This document shows positions 29,101 through 42,938 of a stretch of 64,000 nucleotides of DNA, in pieces. Under the pieces are notes generated by a model, which worked only from the letters and a program-made list of their open reading frames with translations, made no database searches and was not told the origin of the DNA. The translations under genes and the position numbers were made by a program. This stretch comes from Eledone cirrhosa (lineage: Eukaryota). The stretch's first letter is position 1. Every line of letters begins with the position of its first letter. Location: NCBI GenBank assembly GCA_964016885.1, contig OZ024743.1, positions 182,590,001 to 182,654,000 on the forward strand, in the 5' to 3' direction.

Positions 29101-29619
29101 GTTTCGGTTAGTGCCATGCATAGTGCTTGATTGCTTATGGCTAAGTCTCCCAGGTAGGAAATTTTACTCATGTTGCTGAGTTTCACCAGGCCCCTGACAT
29201 TCAGCAGCAGCACTGGTGTGACTTTTGGGGTGCCAGTAATGGCTGTCGGTATGACACCTGGTCTGGTGTCAGCGGCGGCCACTCTGGGTCCCTTAACTGC
29301 GGTGGTCTCGAGTGCTGGTGTGGATGACCCTGGCTCTGGAGACGATGCAGCCAGGTCAGCTGTCCCACAATCTTCTCTGCCATCACTAAAAAATTTTTCT
29401 GATCTGCTGCTGCCATCTGTATCTCGTCGGCATGTGCGTGCCTTCTCCTTGTTGGTGCAGCACGCGCGACATCAGCATACTTCTGGAGCGGCTTATTTCG
29501 GCTTTGGCTGGGGCATGTTGCGCGAGTATGATGGGCATAGTTCGTTTGAGACCTAGGGTGGGCGAATCTGCATCCCATCCCTGTCTCTCCATACCAGCAT
29601 GTCCCGTTTTGAAAAAATA
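26159..29619 (-). mobile_element. CR1-group LINE, family A: intact ORF2, 5'-truncated inside ORF1
   Basis: 3' tail (GTAAAAGA)n. ORF2 has APE and RT domains. The ORF1 remnant ends a CCCH-like finger: [21 protein letters not shown]. Confidence 0.92.
26241..29393 (-). CDS. LINE ORF2: APE endonuclease plus reverse transcriptase (>1000 aa, uninterrupted, no AUG upstream of the EN domain)
   Basis: APE motifs LLNVRGL, LTETHL, GGVALY, YRPP, GDFN, LDL, SDH. RT motifs [41 protein letters not shown]. The frame stays open up to and past the slippery site at 29387-29393. Confidence 0.9.
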   Translation of the reverse strand, partial: FFSDGREDCGTADLAASSPEPGSSTPALETTAVKGPRVAAADTRPGVIPTAITGTPKVTPVLLLNVRGLVKLSNMSKISYLGDLAISNQALCMALTETHLTSSIADAEIHIPKYTVFRSDRKERTHGGVALYIREDVTPIVLLTHSNSVCDTLIIHMKQLQTVICATYRPPDAPSHEGKFEDSLCRIEEVLDKLDQGLNILLLGDFNLPKVKWPEGHLLPGMTSIEQRQTESLLALTHRLFMEQAILLPTRGENVLDLCFTNNEVLIHNVKVTPTILSDHNLVELMICGPREPTETKPPRSSGTLSSLNFYGADWKKIKSEIRKQTWSANIATQDTNTQFQHFMTTIHTICKKCVPEKEANRHKNLIPRDRKILMRRRTKLSNQLNSQQNQNKKESYLKRALLDTEIALKLSHENERARKENRAIENIKTNPKAFFKFAKETASVHCKIGPLFHTDGSLTENPQEICEILNEQYKSVFTCPLRHMQITKPEEFFDATTLHQEMATINHIDITEEDVVYAIDEIRTDSAAGPDGFPAVLLKICKRALATPLKMLFRSSLASGVLPRELKEGTICPIHKGGSRAEAKNYRPVSLTSHISKVMERVVRKKLITFLEENDRLTSTQHGFRPGRSCLTQLLHHYDWVLRQLLDSSHVDVIYLDFAKAFDKVDHGMICHKLHGLGIAGKVGEWLHGFLRDRSQAVAANGALSRETPITSGVPQGTVLGPLLFLVALSDMPSVVHATTSLTSYADDTKVAQAIKNPADAALLQQDLDAIYRWAEENNMQFNAGKFQALQYKPANTNTNIAEHSYTGPGGTDIPVSKSIRDLGIDMSDDASFSSHIMKVATACRRFAGWILRTFLTRDRDTMLTLWRTFVLSRLDYCSQLWSPHSVKLTTELEAIQRSYTKRIAKMRETSYWERLKELNLYSLERRRERYAVIYMWKILEGLAPNFGIGSWTNRRTGRHCVVPKVPSSTSRIRSRYCNSLGFKGPQLFNRLPRHLRDLHDVEVDVFKKHLDTLLSRIPDEPTARHEGNLRAAATNSLLHQWPTYTGWR

Positions 29620-31241
<1,622 letters not shown>

Positions 31242-31850
31242 GGTGGCTGCCAACTCGTTTTCGAGTACGGCCACTACTTTATATCCATGTAGGAGAACCC
31301 CTACCGATGCGCTGAACGAGTGTGACTTTTTAGTCCAGCCAGCGACTTGAAAACTCTGGTACAAACACTACACTTGTGACAATTACTGACACATAGTGCT
31401 GGGCCCATGGTACCATGTGACGACAAGTGCAGAGAGATCTCCAGATATAAAGCAATGCCTGTGCCGTGAAGCTTTTATAGTGAGCAAAGGCACTGCACAA
31501 AGCCAGTCCCACTCTCTTAACCAAGATGATATTTACCAAAAAGAAGAACAAGTCAACATCATTGGATACCATCAGGGTTGCAGGTGTTATATCAGAGTTT
31601 TCCTTCTCCTAGAATTCTGCCTTGACAAAGGCTAAGGGGTCATCTCTCCCGGTGATTTTGGATGGCCATTGACTCTTAAGAGCTCCTTTGCCCTTTGACA
31701 GGTTTTGTTTTTAGTCCTGCAGGATGTCCAAAGTCACCCTCCTCACCAAGAAACCTTGGTGGGGTTGCCAGTTTAGTCGCCAACGACCCGACCATGGGAC
31801 AGGTTGTACTGGGATACATGTTACCAGTAGCACCAACTGGTGACCTGACA
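31242..31850 (-). mobile_element. Short non-autonomous element carrying an RTE-type 5' UTR
   Basis: The minus strand contains CTAGGAGAAGGAAAACTCTGA and GCGACTAAACTGG, motifs I associate with RTE 5' UTRs. No RT coding. A second, near-identical 5'-truncated copy is at 37092-37500. Confidence 0.6.
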
Positions 31851-32109
31851 TAAATATATATATATATACATATATATATACATACATATATATATATATA
31901 CATATATATATACATATATATATATATACATATATATACATACATACATATATATATATATATACATATATATACATATACATATATATACATATATATA
32001 CATACATATATATACATATATATACATACATACATATATATATATATACATACATACATACATATATATATACATACATACATACATATATATATACATA
32101 CATACATAC

Positions 32110-32144
<35 letters not shown>

Positions 32145-32294
32145 CATACATATATATATATATATACATACATATATATATATATATACACACATATATA
32201 TATATATACACACATATATATATATATACACACATATATATATATATATACACATATATATATATATATACATACACATATATATATATATATA

Positions 32295-32338
<44 letters not shown>

Positions 32339-32381
32339 CATACATATATATATATATATACACACATATATATATATATAT

Positions 32382-32428
<47 letters not shown>

Positions 32429-32503
32429 CATACATATATATATATACATACATATATATATATATACATACATATATATATATATACATACATATATATA
32501 TAT

Positions 32504-32546
<43 letters not shown>

Positions 32547-32586
32547 CATATATATATATATACATACATATATATATACATACATA

Positions 32587-32810
32587 CCGTAACAACATCG
32601 ACAGAACTTTATATTGTATTTTGTCTGAGGAAGGCATAGCATATTGTTAATATGATATCCCTGAAATATATATAATGAAATAAATATGGTTTTATAAATA
32701 TAGTTTCCATTTATTTAATATTGTAAATATACTCCAAATACTTGTCGAGTGCTTTTATATCAGTTATAAATATTTACTAGTTGTAACCCAACAATTTAAA
32801 TATAACTTTC
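32587..32810 (+). mobile_element. Penelope-like LTR remnant
   Basis: TCTGAGGAAGG...CCCTGAAATATATAT followed by AATAAA. Its last ~90 bp recur inverted at 36387-36475. Confidence 0.5.
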
Positions 32811-32840
32811 TATATACATACATATATATATATATACATT

Positions 32841-32871
<31 letters not shown>

Positions 32872-32947
32872 ACATACATATATATATATACATATATAAA
32901 TATATACATATATAAATATATATATATACATATATATATATACATAT

Positions 32948-35484
32948 ATCATCATCATCATCATCATCAACGTTTAACGTCCGTGTTCCACGCTTGCATG
33001 GGTTTGGACGGGGGTAGTCCCACTTGAGGCAAGAGTGATTGTCTTGCTCGCATAGGACTGTCTGGCAGGTTTTCTACAGTTGGATGCCCTTCCTAACACC
33101 AACCACATTTACAGTGTGGGTCTGGGAGGTTTTTACCGTGTTGCCTACACGGCCACATTACAGCGTGGACTGTGTGTTTTTTTGTCGTGACACCTACACG
33201 ATCTCATTTGTTTCGGCCTCGATGGCGCGGCACCAACATAACTTTACATAGAACGGGGTGGTGTCGATGGGGTAGGGGTGGGGGTGGTGGGACGGGGTGT
33301 ATTTTGTTAGGGATGCCTACTGGCTGGAGTAGGTTTTACTATATATTTAGGTAAGGCGGGTCTTCTCTGTTACTGAGTACCGCCAAAGGTCTCGGTCCAG
33401 TGACATTGTCTTGGAGAGGTGTAAGTGTGTGATGTCGGAGTTTATCAGCTCGTCCCAGGTTTTTCTAGGTCTGCCTATTCCGTGACTACCGTCTATCTTT
33501 ATTGCCCTGCACTTTGTTATACAGCTATCGACTTTCATGCGCATCACGTGTCCATACCAACGTAGCCTTCTCTCGAGTAAACAACATCTGATCCCTCTTA
33601 TCTCTAATTTTTTCCTTAGTTCGTTTATGCTTTGCCGTTCACGTATATTACTGTTACACATCCAGCGGAGCATGCAAGCTTCGTTCCTCTCTAGTCTGCG
33701 TATATCCTCTGCACACAATGCCCAGGTCTCACTGCCATGCAGCATTGCTGTTCGTATGCAGGCATCGTACAACCTGCCTTTCATTTTTAGTGAGAACCCT
33801 TTAGCAGCTAATAGTGGTATAAGCTCTCTGAACTTTTTCCAACCAGTTCTGACTCTAGCTACAGTACTTTCAGAGCACCCTCCCCCACTGCTGATTTTAT
33901 CGCCCAGGTAACGGAAGCTGTCCACTATTTCTATAGAACCCTCTGCGCAATTGAAAGAGCTAGTAGCTTGTGGGCACTTGCTGCTACTTATTGCACCAGA
34001 GCACCGGCCACATGTAAAATCTATGTTCTTAGTTAGCTTACCTGTGATCCCACTACATCTTTTATGCACCCATACTTTGCATTTAGGACATAAAATGGAG
34101 TTTCTACCTACGCCTTTCCTACACACCGAGCACGACCATTTCCCAGAAGGGACCGCCGCCTTGTTTTCTTTCCTACAAACTAGTACTTTGGTCTTAGCCA
34201 GGTTAATTTTAAGTCCTTTTGACTCTAGGCCGTGCTTCCATGTTTGGAATTTCTTCTCTAGCTCGGCCATTGATTCCGCTATGAGTGTCAGGTCGTCTGC
34301 GTATAGGAGTTCCCATGGGCAGCCTGTCTTGAACTCCTCTGTTATAGCCTGAAGGGCAATAATAAATAGTAGTGGGCTGAGAACAGAGCCCTGATGGACG
34401 CCAACTTTTACGCTAAACTCTTCACTATATTCGTTGTTAATTCTAACCTTGCTGACTGTTTCTTTATACATGGCTTGTATAGCCCTCACAAGCCATTCGT
34501 CAACGCCTAGTTTTCTAAGAGCCCACCAGATAATGGAGCGGGGGACTCTGTCGAAGGCTTTCTCCAAGTCGACAAAAGCTAAGTAGAGGGGTTTACCTTT
34601 AGCTAGGTACTTCTCCTGTAGTTGTCGTACTATGAAAAGAGCGTCTGTGGTACTTTTGCCTGACACAAACCCGAACTGCATTTCATCTAGGTCAATTCTC
34701 TCTCTGATTAGTTGCGCTATTACTTTTTCCGTGACCTTCATGACCTGGTCGATTAATTTAATGCCTCTATAGTTACTCCTATCTAGGGCGTCTCCTTTAC
34801 CCTTATAACAGTTAACGATGATGCTGCTATGCCAGTCCTTCGGAACAACCCCATTCTGTACGACTTGGTTAACTATGCGGGTGACCATGGTGTGTCCCAC
34901 CGTGCCAGATGCCTTCAGCATCTCAGCAACTATTTCCGAAGGCCCAGCCGCCTTACCCGTCTTCATATCCTTGATTGCCTTACTTATTATACTCCCCTCG
35001 ACTAACACTGCTGGTCCCTCTATTGGGTCGATATGGGGGAGACTGCCTTTCTCCCAATTATTCTCCTCATTTAGTAGCCTTTCATAGTGACACTTCCAAG
35101 CTACCTTCTTATCAGCGTCGGTGATGGCAAGTGTGCCATCGTCGTTTAGTACACACTTCTCCCCGACAATATCACGGTTTTCCTTGACTCATTGCCTAGC
35201 AATCCTGAACACCTCACGTTTTTGGTCATCGCGTTGTAGAACATGCTTGAACTTTCTTTCCTCAGCTTCCCTTCTTGCTAAGTACACTTGTCTCCTAGCT
35301 TCCCTCCTGGACACTTGATAGTCCTCTCTACTTCCCCCATCCCGCCATACTTTCCAAGCCTGCTTTTTGGCCTTAATTGACCCCTCCACCTTACTGTTCC
35401 ACCACCATGTTACTCTCCTCCCGCCATACTTTCCAAGCCTGCTTTTTGGCCTTAATTGACCCCTCCACCTTACTGTTCCACCAT
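32948..35484 (-). mobile_element. 5'-truncated RTE (RTE-X-like) LINE, young
   Basis: RT ORF at 33347-35008, with two premature stops upstream. 3' UTR with a (GAT)n tail. Confidence 0.92.
33347..35008 (-). CDS. RTE reverse transcriptase (553-aa open segment) with an inserted PHD-like C4HC3 finger
   Basis: NYRGIKL, QFGF, FVDLEKAFDRVPR, GVHQGSVLSPLLF, YADD, CSVC...CPKC...HKRC...CGRC, FRYLG, RLRWYGHVMR. Confidence 0.88.
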   Translation of the reverse strand: MLVEGSIISKAIKDMKTGKAAGPSEIVAEMLKASGTVGHTMVTRIVNQVVQNGVVPKDWHSSIIVNCYKGKGDALDRSNYRGIKLIDQVMKVTEKVIAQLIRERIDLDEMQFGFVSGKSTTDALFIVRQLQEKYLAKGKPLYLAFVDLEKAFDRVPRSIIWWALRKLGVDEWLVRAIQAMYKETVSKVRINNEYSEEFSVKVGVHQGSVLSPLLFIIALQAITEEFKTGCPWELLYADDLTLIAESMAELEKKFQTWKHGLESKGLKINLAKTKVLVCRKENKAAVPSGKWSCSVCRKGVGRNSILCPKCKVWVHKRCSGITGKLTKNIDFTCGRCSGAISSSKCPQATSSFNCAEGSIEIVDSFRYLGDKISSGGGCSESTVARVRTGWKKFRELIPLLAAKGFSLKMKGRLYDACIRTAMLHGSETWALCAEDIRRLERNEACMLRWMCNSNIRERQSINELRKKLEIRGIRCCLLERRLRWYGHVMRMKVDSCITKCRAIKIDGSHGIGRPRKTWDELINSDITHLHLSKTMSLDRDLWRYSVTEKTRLT

Positions 35485-35777
35485 ACATATATATATATAC
35501 ATATATAAATATATACATATATAAATATATACATATATACATATATAAATATATACATATATACATATATAAATATATACATATATAAATATACACATAT
35601 ATAAATATATATATATACACATATATAAATATATATATATATACATATATAAATATATATATATATATACATATATAAATATATATATATACACATATAT
35701 AAATATATATATATATACATATATAAATATATATATATATACATATATAAATATATATATATATACATATATAAATA

Positions 35778-35809
<32 letters not shown>

Positions 35810-35850
35810 CATATATACATATATATATATACATATATATATATATAAAT

Positions 35851-35881
<31 letters not shown>

Positions 35882-35900
35882 CATATATATAAATATATAC

Positions 35901-35931
<31 letters not shown>

Positions 35932-35958
35932 CATATATAAATATATATATATATACAT

Positions 35959-35997
<39 letters not shown>

Positions 35998-36038
35998 CAT
36001 ATATACATATATATATATACATATATATATATATAAAT

Positions 36039-36069
<31 letters not shown>

Positions 36070-36088
36070 CATATATATAAATATATAC

Positions 36089-36123
<35 letters not shown>

Positions 36124-36164
36124 AATATATACATATATATAAATATATACATATATATATATAC

Positions 36165-36199
<35 letters not shown>

Positions 36200-36255
36200 C
36201 ATACATATATAAATATATATATATATATACATAAATATATACATATACATATATA

Positions 36256-36323
<68 letters not shown>

Positions 36324-36478
36324 CATACATATATAAATATATATATATATATATATACATATATAAATATATACATATATATATGTAAAGTTATATTTAA
36401 AATTGTTGGGTTACAACTAGTAAATATTTATAACTGATATAAAAGCACTCGACAAATATTTGGAGTATATTTACAGTA

Positions 36479-36520
<42 letters not shown>

Positions 36521-36659
36521 CATATATATATACATATATACATACATATATATATATATATATACATACATATATATATATATATATACATACATACATA
36601 TATATATATATACATATATATACATATATATATACATATATACATACATATATATATAC

Positions 36660-36690
<31 letters not shown>

Positions 36691-36925
36691 CATATATATA
36701 CATATATATACACATATATATACATATATATACATATATATACATATATATACATATATATACATATATATACATATATATACATATATATACATATATA
36801 TACATATATATACATATATATACATATATATACATATATATACATATATATACATATATATACATATATATACATATATATATACATATATATATACATA
36901 TATATACATTTATATACATATATAC

Positions 36926-36960
<35 letters not shown>

Positions 36961-37028
36961 CATATATATACATATATATACATATATATACATATATATA
37001 CATATATATACATATATATATAAGTATA

Positions 37029-37091
<63 letters not shown>

Positions 37092-37500
37092 GGTGGCTGC
37101 CAACTCGTTTTCGAGTATGGCCATTACTTTATATCCATGTAGGAGAACCCCTACCGATGCGCTGAACGAGTGTGACTTTTTAGTCCAGCCAGCGACTTGA
37201 AAACTCTGGTACAAACACTACACTTGTGACAATTATTGACACACAGTGCTGGTACCATGGTACCATGTGACGACAAGTGCAGAGAGATCTCCAGATATAA
37301 AGCAATGCCTGTGCCGTGAAGCTTTTATAGTGAGTAAAGGCACTGCACATAGCCAGTCCCACTCTCTTAACCAAGATGATATTTATCAAAAAGAAGAACA
37401 AGTCAACATCATTGGATACCATCAGGGTTGCAGGTGTTATATCAGAGTTTTCCTTCTCCTAGAATTCTGCCTTGACAAAGGCTAAGGGGTCATCTCTCCC
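37092..37500 (-). mobile_element. Second, 5'-truncated copy of the 31242-31850 element
   Basis: Near-identical to 31242-31650, with the same 3' junction to (TA)n. Confidence 0.8.
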
Positions 37501-37638
37501 AGTATGTATGTATGTATGTATATATACATACATACATACATACATACATACATACATACATACATACATACATAAATATATATATATAAATATGAACGTT
37601 TATGAAAGCACACATGCACTCATATACACACATATATC

Positions 37639-37698
<60 letters not shown>

Positions 37699-37920
37699 GA
37701 TCATGGCTTAATGAATACACATGTATTTTTTTCTCCAAAAAATCTTTTTCCATTCCTTCCCTTTCTCACTCTCTATCTTTCTATTTCATCTTTAATTTTC
37801 ATTCTATATTCTGATGAAGGACTAGTGTTCGAAACGTTAAGGCTCTTTTCTTACAATATCAAGCATTAAACTAATATATTTCTTCATTGTAATGTGTCAT
37901 CTGCTTTCTATGTGTGAACA
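37699..37920 (+). mobile_element. Penelope-like LTR remnant with a degenerate hammerhead core
   Basis: CTGATGAAGGACTAGTGTTCGAAACGTTA at 37811-37839 (stem II GGAC/GTTC, palindromic AACGTT). Stem I is eroded. Confidence 0.55.
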
Positions 37921-38111
37921 TACATTTATATATTTATGTATATATACATACATACCTATATATATATAACTATTTCTCAACTATAGCAATATTTCTATGA
38001 TGTGTTGTATCCTACTAGGGAAGCTAGTAACTCAAACTAGACATAAAAGACTAATATGAAAATATGCAGAATCAATAATAATAGTTAAGCTCAGACACAG
38101 TTGTCTTATAC

Positions 38112-38254
<143 letters not shown>

Positions 38255-38269
38255 CATATATATATATAC

Positions 38270-38316
<47 letters not shown>

Positions 38317-38324
38317 CATATACA

Positions 38325-38457
<133 letters not shown>

Positions 38458-38475
38458 GTATATATATGTATATAT

Positions 38476-38739
<264 letters not shown>

Positions 38740-38757
38740 ATATATACATATATATAC

Positions 38758-38893
<136 letters not shown>

Positions 38894-38969
38894 ACATATA
38901 CATATATATATACATATATATATATATACATACATATACATATATATATACATATATATATATATACAT

Positions 38970-40352
38970 AACTTTGAATAACTTTGAAATGTTTTGGCCA
39001 GTATTGGCCCAGGCCATGTCTAACTTAATAGCACCACCTGGCGAAGTCTTTCAATTCAGGATTTGGGCACCATGGCCCATTCGAGAAGAGAATTACTGTT
39101 TGCGGAGACATATCCGGGTGTGGGTGGTTTGTCCGGGATTACTTGGAGGAATTTGTCCAAAGACTTCTTGAATTTTGTGTGGTCAGTTTCTGTTTTGACG
39201 TGTCCTGGTGTGATGTTGAAGAGAGCAGGGCCGATTGAGGTGAAATAATTGTGCCGTATTGTTGTTATGAGTTGCGATTTAGATTTTTGAATGGGACGGA
39301 TAGCACGGGGCCCAAGCCTTGGGTGTATCTTGAAGGCGATGCCAACATCATTTGGGCAGTGATGATGGAACATTTTCCACATCATGCAGATAATATAACG
39401 CTCACGGCGACGTTGGAGTGAGTAAAGTTTCAGGTTTTCCAATCGACCCCAGTAATCAAGGTCTGACATGCATCTATCTTTTTCGTGATTGCCCTTTGAG
39501 GAGCTTCAAGTTTCATGATACTTTGTTTCGTGTGGGGAGACCACAGTGGACAACAGTATTCAAGGTGTGGTCGGGCGAAAGTAGAGAAGAGAAGGATAAT
39601 GGTGCGGGAATCTCTCGACTGGAAGGTTCTGAGGATCCAGGAACACATTCTGCGGGCCATGTCAACTTTGCTGCTTATATGCGTGGTCCAGCTTATGTTG
39701 CTGTCCACGGTTACTCCCAAGTCTCTGATGTTGTTAGATGCCACGAGAGTTTCCCCGGAGGGAAGGGAGTACGGGAGTTTCAGAGCATCCTCTTTTCCAA
39801 AGTGGATCAGTTCGAATTTGTCTTCGTTCAGTAACATGTTGTTCTTTTCTGCCCATTGGGTAACAGCCAGTAGGTCTGACTGAAGGCTTATCCGGTCATC
39901 CACGCCATTGATGACCTTTTGGAGCTTGGAATCATCAGCGAAAATTTTAATGTTGCTGTGTTTGATGATGTCAGTGATGTCATTAATATAGATGATGAAG
40001 AGAAGTGGGCCCAACACAGTGCCTTGTGGGACTCCACTACTGACTTTGGCTGGGCTTGATTTGACTCCCTCAACTACAACATGTTGGGTTCTGTTTGACA
40101 GGAAGCTCTTGATCCACTGCAGCAGCTTTCCAGTGACACCAATATTGGACAGCTTTCTCAGTAGAATGTTATGATCAACCCTGTCAAAGGCCTTGCTGAA
40201 ATCAAGGTAGATAACATCAGTGTTGGAACCCTCTCCCAAGGCTCTCAAAATGTCATCAAAGTGATGCAGTAGTTGCGTCAGGCAATCCCTTCCATTACGG
40301 AATCCATGCTGGTTGGAGTTCAGCATATTGTTACTCTCAAGGAAGTGGGTCA
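38970..40352 (-). mobile_element. 5'-truncated CR1-group LINE, family B (RT and 3' end), inverted relative to 41874-46080
   Basis: MTHFLES...QHGFR...[10 protein letters not shown]...FADD...[10 protein letters not shown], one frameshift near 39470, and tail (TTCAAAGTTA)2. Confidence 0.92.
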
Positions 40353-40420
40353 TATATGTATATATATATATGTATATATATGTATATATATGTATATATA
40401 TATATGTATATATATATATG

Positions 40421-40508
<88 letters not shown>

Positions 40509-40522
40509 TATATACATATATG

Positions 40523-40553
<31 letters not shown>

Positions 40554-40567
40554 ATATATACATATAC

Positions 40568-40599
<32 letters not shown>

Positions 40600-40671
40600 A
40601 TACATATACATATATATATATATACATATACATATATATATATATACATATACATATATATATACATATAC

Positions 40672-40842
<171 letters not shown>

Positions 40843-40843
40843 C

Positions 40844-40888
<45 letters not shown>

Positions 40889-40889
40889 C

Positions 40890-40934
<45 letters not shown>

Positions 40935-40985
40935 CATATATATATATACATATATACATATATATATATACATATATATATATAC

Positions 40986-41032
<47 letters not shown>

Positions 41033-41047
41033 CATATATATATATAC

Positions 41048-41082
<35 letters not shown>

Positions 41083-41131
41083 CATATATATACATATATA
41101 TACATATATATACATATATATACATATATAC

Positions 41132-41200
<69 letters not shown>

Positions 41201-41255
41201 CATATATATACATATATATATATACATATATATACATATATATATATATACATAT

Positions 41256-41886
41256 ATAAAAACAAATAACGAAACGAAATTAAATTTTGTTTCACTTCTA
41301 ACTCACTTTTGTATGACTGACGCTTAAACAATTAAGTTAAAGTGTACATCTACATATGTATACGGAAGTACTAGTATGCATATAAATACACACATGTATA
41401 CATATGTACATGTACCGAGTTTTTCACTAGACACTTTACAGTGAGTGTCCAGCTAGTCTGTATGTAAACAAACAGACGAACCGGGTTTTAAAGTCATACG
41501 AGTTTTCAAGGAAACACACTTCCTCTATTCTCCAGAGAGCCAGACAGAAATATTGGACTAGTTTCGATGTTATTACATCTCATCAACAATATATACCCAT
41601 CTTCCGGCTTCTCTGGAGAATTGTAAAAGCACATATCGTTATATGCTTTTTCTATGAAAATCAGTAGTGGGCAGACTAATTTGCATAGAACGCGAGTCTT
41701 TGTACGCACCGGTTCAGCGGAAACGATAAAAACAAATAACGAAACGAAATTAAATTTCGTTTCGCTTCTAACTCACTTTTGTATGACTGACGCTTAAACA
41801 ATTAAGTTAAAGTGTACATCTACATATGTATACGGAAGTACTAGTATGCATATAAATACACACATGTATACATATGTACATGTACC
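41256..41886. repeat. Partial tandem repeat: 161-bp direct repeats (41256-41416, 41726-41886), period 470 bp
   Basis: Copies differ at 2 positions seen (TTTTGTTTCAC vs TTTCGTTTCGC). Confidence 0.92.
41550..41592 (-). ncRNA. Minimal type I hammerhead ribozyme (C3U variant)
   Basis: Minus strand reads AUAUUG-UUGAUGA-GAUGU-AAUA-ACAUC-GAAAC-UA-GUC-CAAUAU: perfect 6-bp stem I, 5-bp stem II, short palindromic stem III (ACUAGU) and a GUC cleavage triplet. Confidence 0.8.
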
Positions 41887-42133
41887 AGCAAAAATCCAAA
41901 CAGAACTGGTCTGATAATGAAATCGACATTCTAATAAACACATGGCATTGCCTTACCCAAACAGAAGACATATATGCTTCATGTCTGAACGACATTGCTA
42001 AACGTACAGTTCAACTTTTGAAAACTCGATCTGAACAACAGATTCAAAATAAATTAAAGCAAATCGAAATTGCTTTTAAATTAATCAATAAACATTTGGA
42101 TAAACTACGGTGTGTTTTTTCTTCGAATGCTGT

Positions 42134-42166
<33 letters not shown>

Positions 42167-42176
42167 GCAACAGCAG

Positions 42177-42217
<41 letters not shown>

Positions 42218-42938
42218 ACGTGAACCACTCCTTGATTCATCAACAATGGCCGATCTACTAAATGAAACTATTGACCTCCCAGTAGCCTCTGTCTCACAGC
42301 AGGAAACGCCACATCCTTTCTCTGGCCCAGCAGTTCAATCATCACCACTGCCAACATCTTCTCTGCCTACTACTACTACTACAACATCTTTGGCTACTGC
42401 TAGGAATTTACCTTCTAATACCAGAACAAGAACTCTCCCTCCCACAGTCCACAAAGGTCGTCAAATCCTACTCAAACCATCATCTACACATCTCACAACA
42501 CACACACCCACATACCCACCCACTCGAAACCCCATCATTTGCCACTACTCTCTACGCTATAGAATATGTACGGATAGTGGCTGCAAATTCACCCATTTAC
42601 CTAGGACAAAACAATCTATCCCCACAAACAGCCACCACCATAATACATACTCTAATTTAACACCAACACAACCACCAATAACTCAAACAAGGAATCCACA
42701 AATCTGCCGCTTTTCCCTGCGAGACAGATTGTGTTTAGACCAGGATTGTCCCTTTACCCATCTCCCGGGGACCCGTCGGACAAATGAAAATAAAATTAAA
42801 AATAAAAGCAAAAACAAAAACCATAACCTACATAAAAATAACCACTACCACAGTCACCAACAGTCTTCTAAACAGGAAACTTCTTCCTCTTGTTTAGCCA
42901 TAATGAATCTGGCAAAAGAACTGGAAAAAAACATTTGA
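41874..42938 (+). CDS. LINE ORF1 (354 aa): Myb/SANT-like N-terminus, Q28 tract, two CCCH-type fingers
   Basis: NWSDNEIDILINTW...RSEQQIQNKLKQI; CAA/CAG run at 42135-42218; CHYSLRYRICTDSGCKFTH and CRFSLRDRLCLDQDCPFTH (C-x8-C-x4-C-x3-H). Confidence 0.75.
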
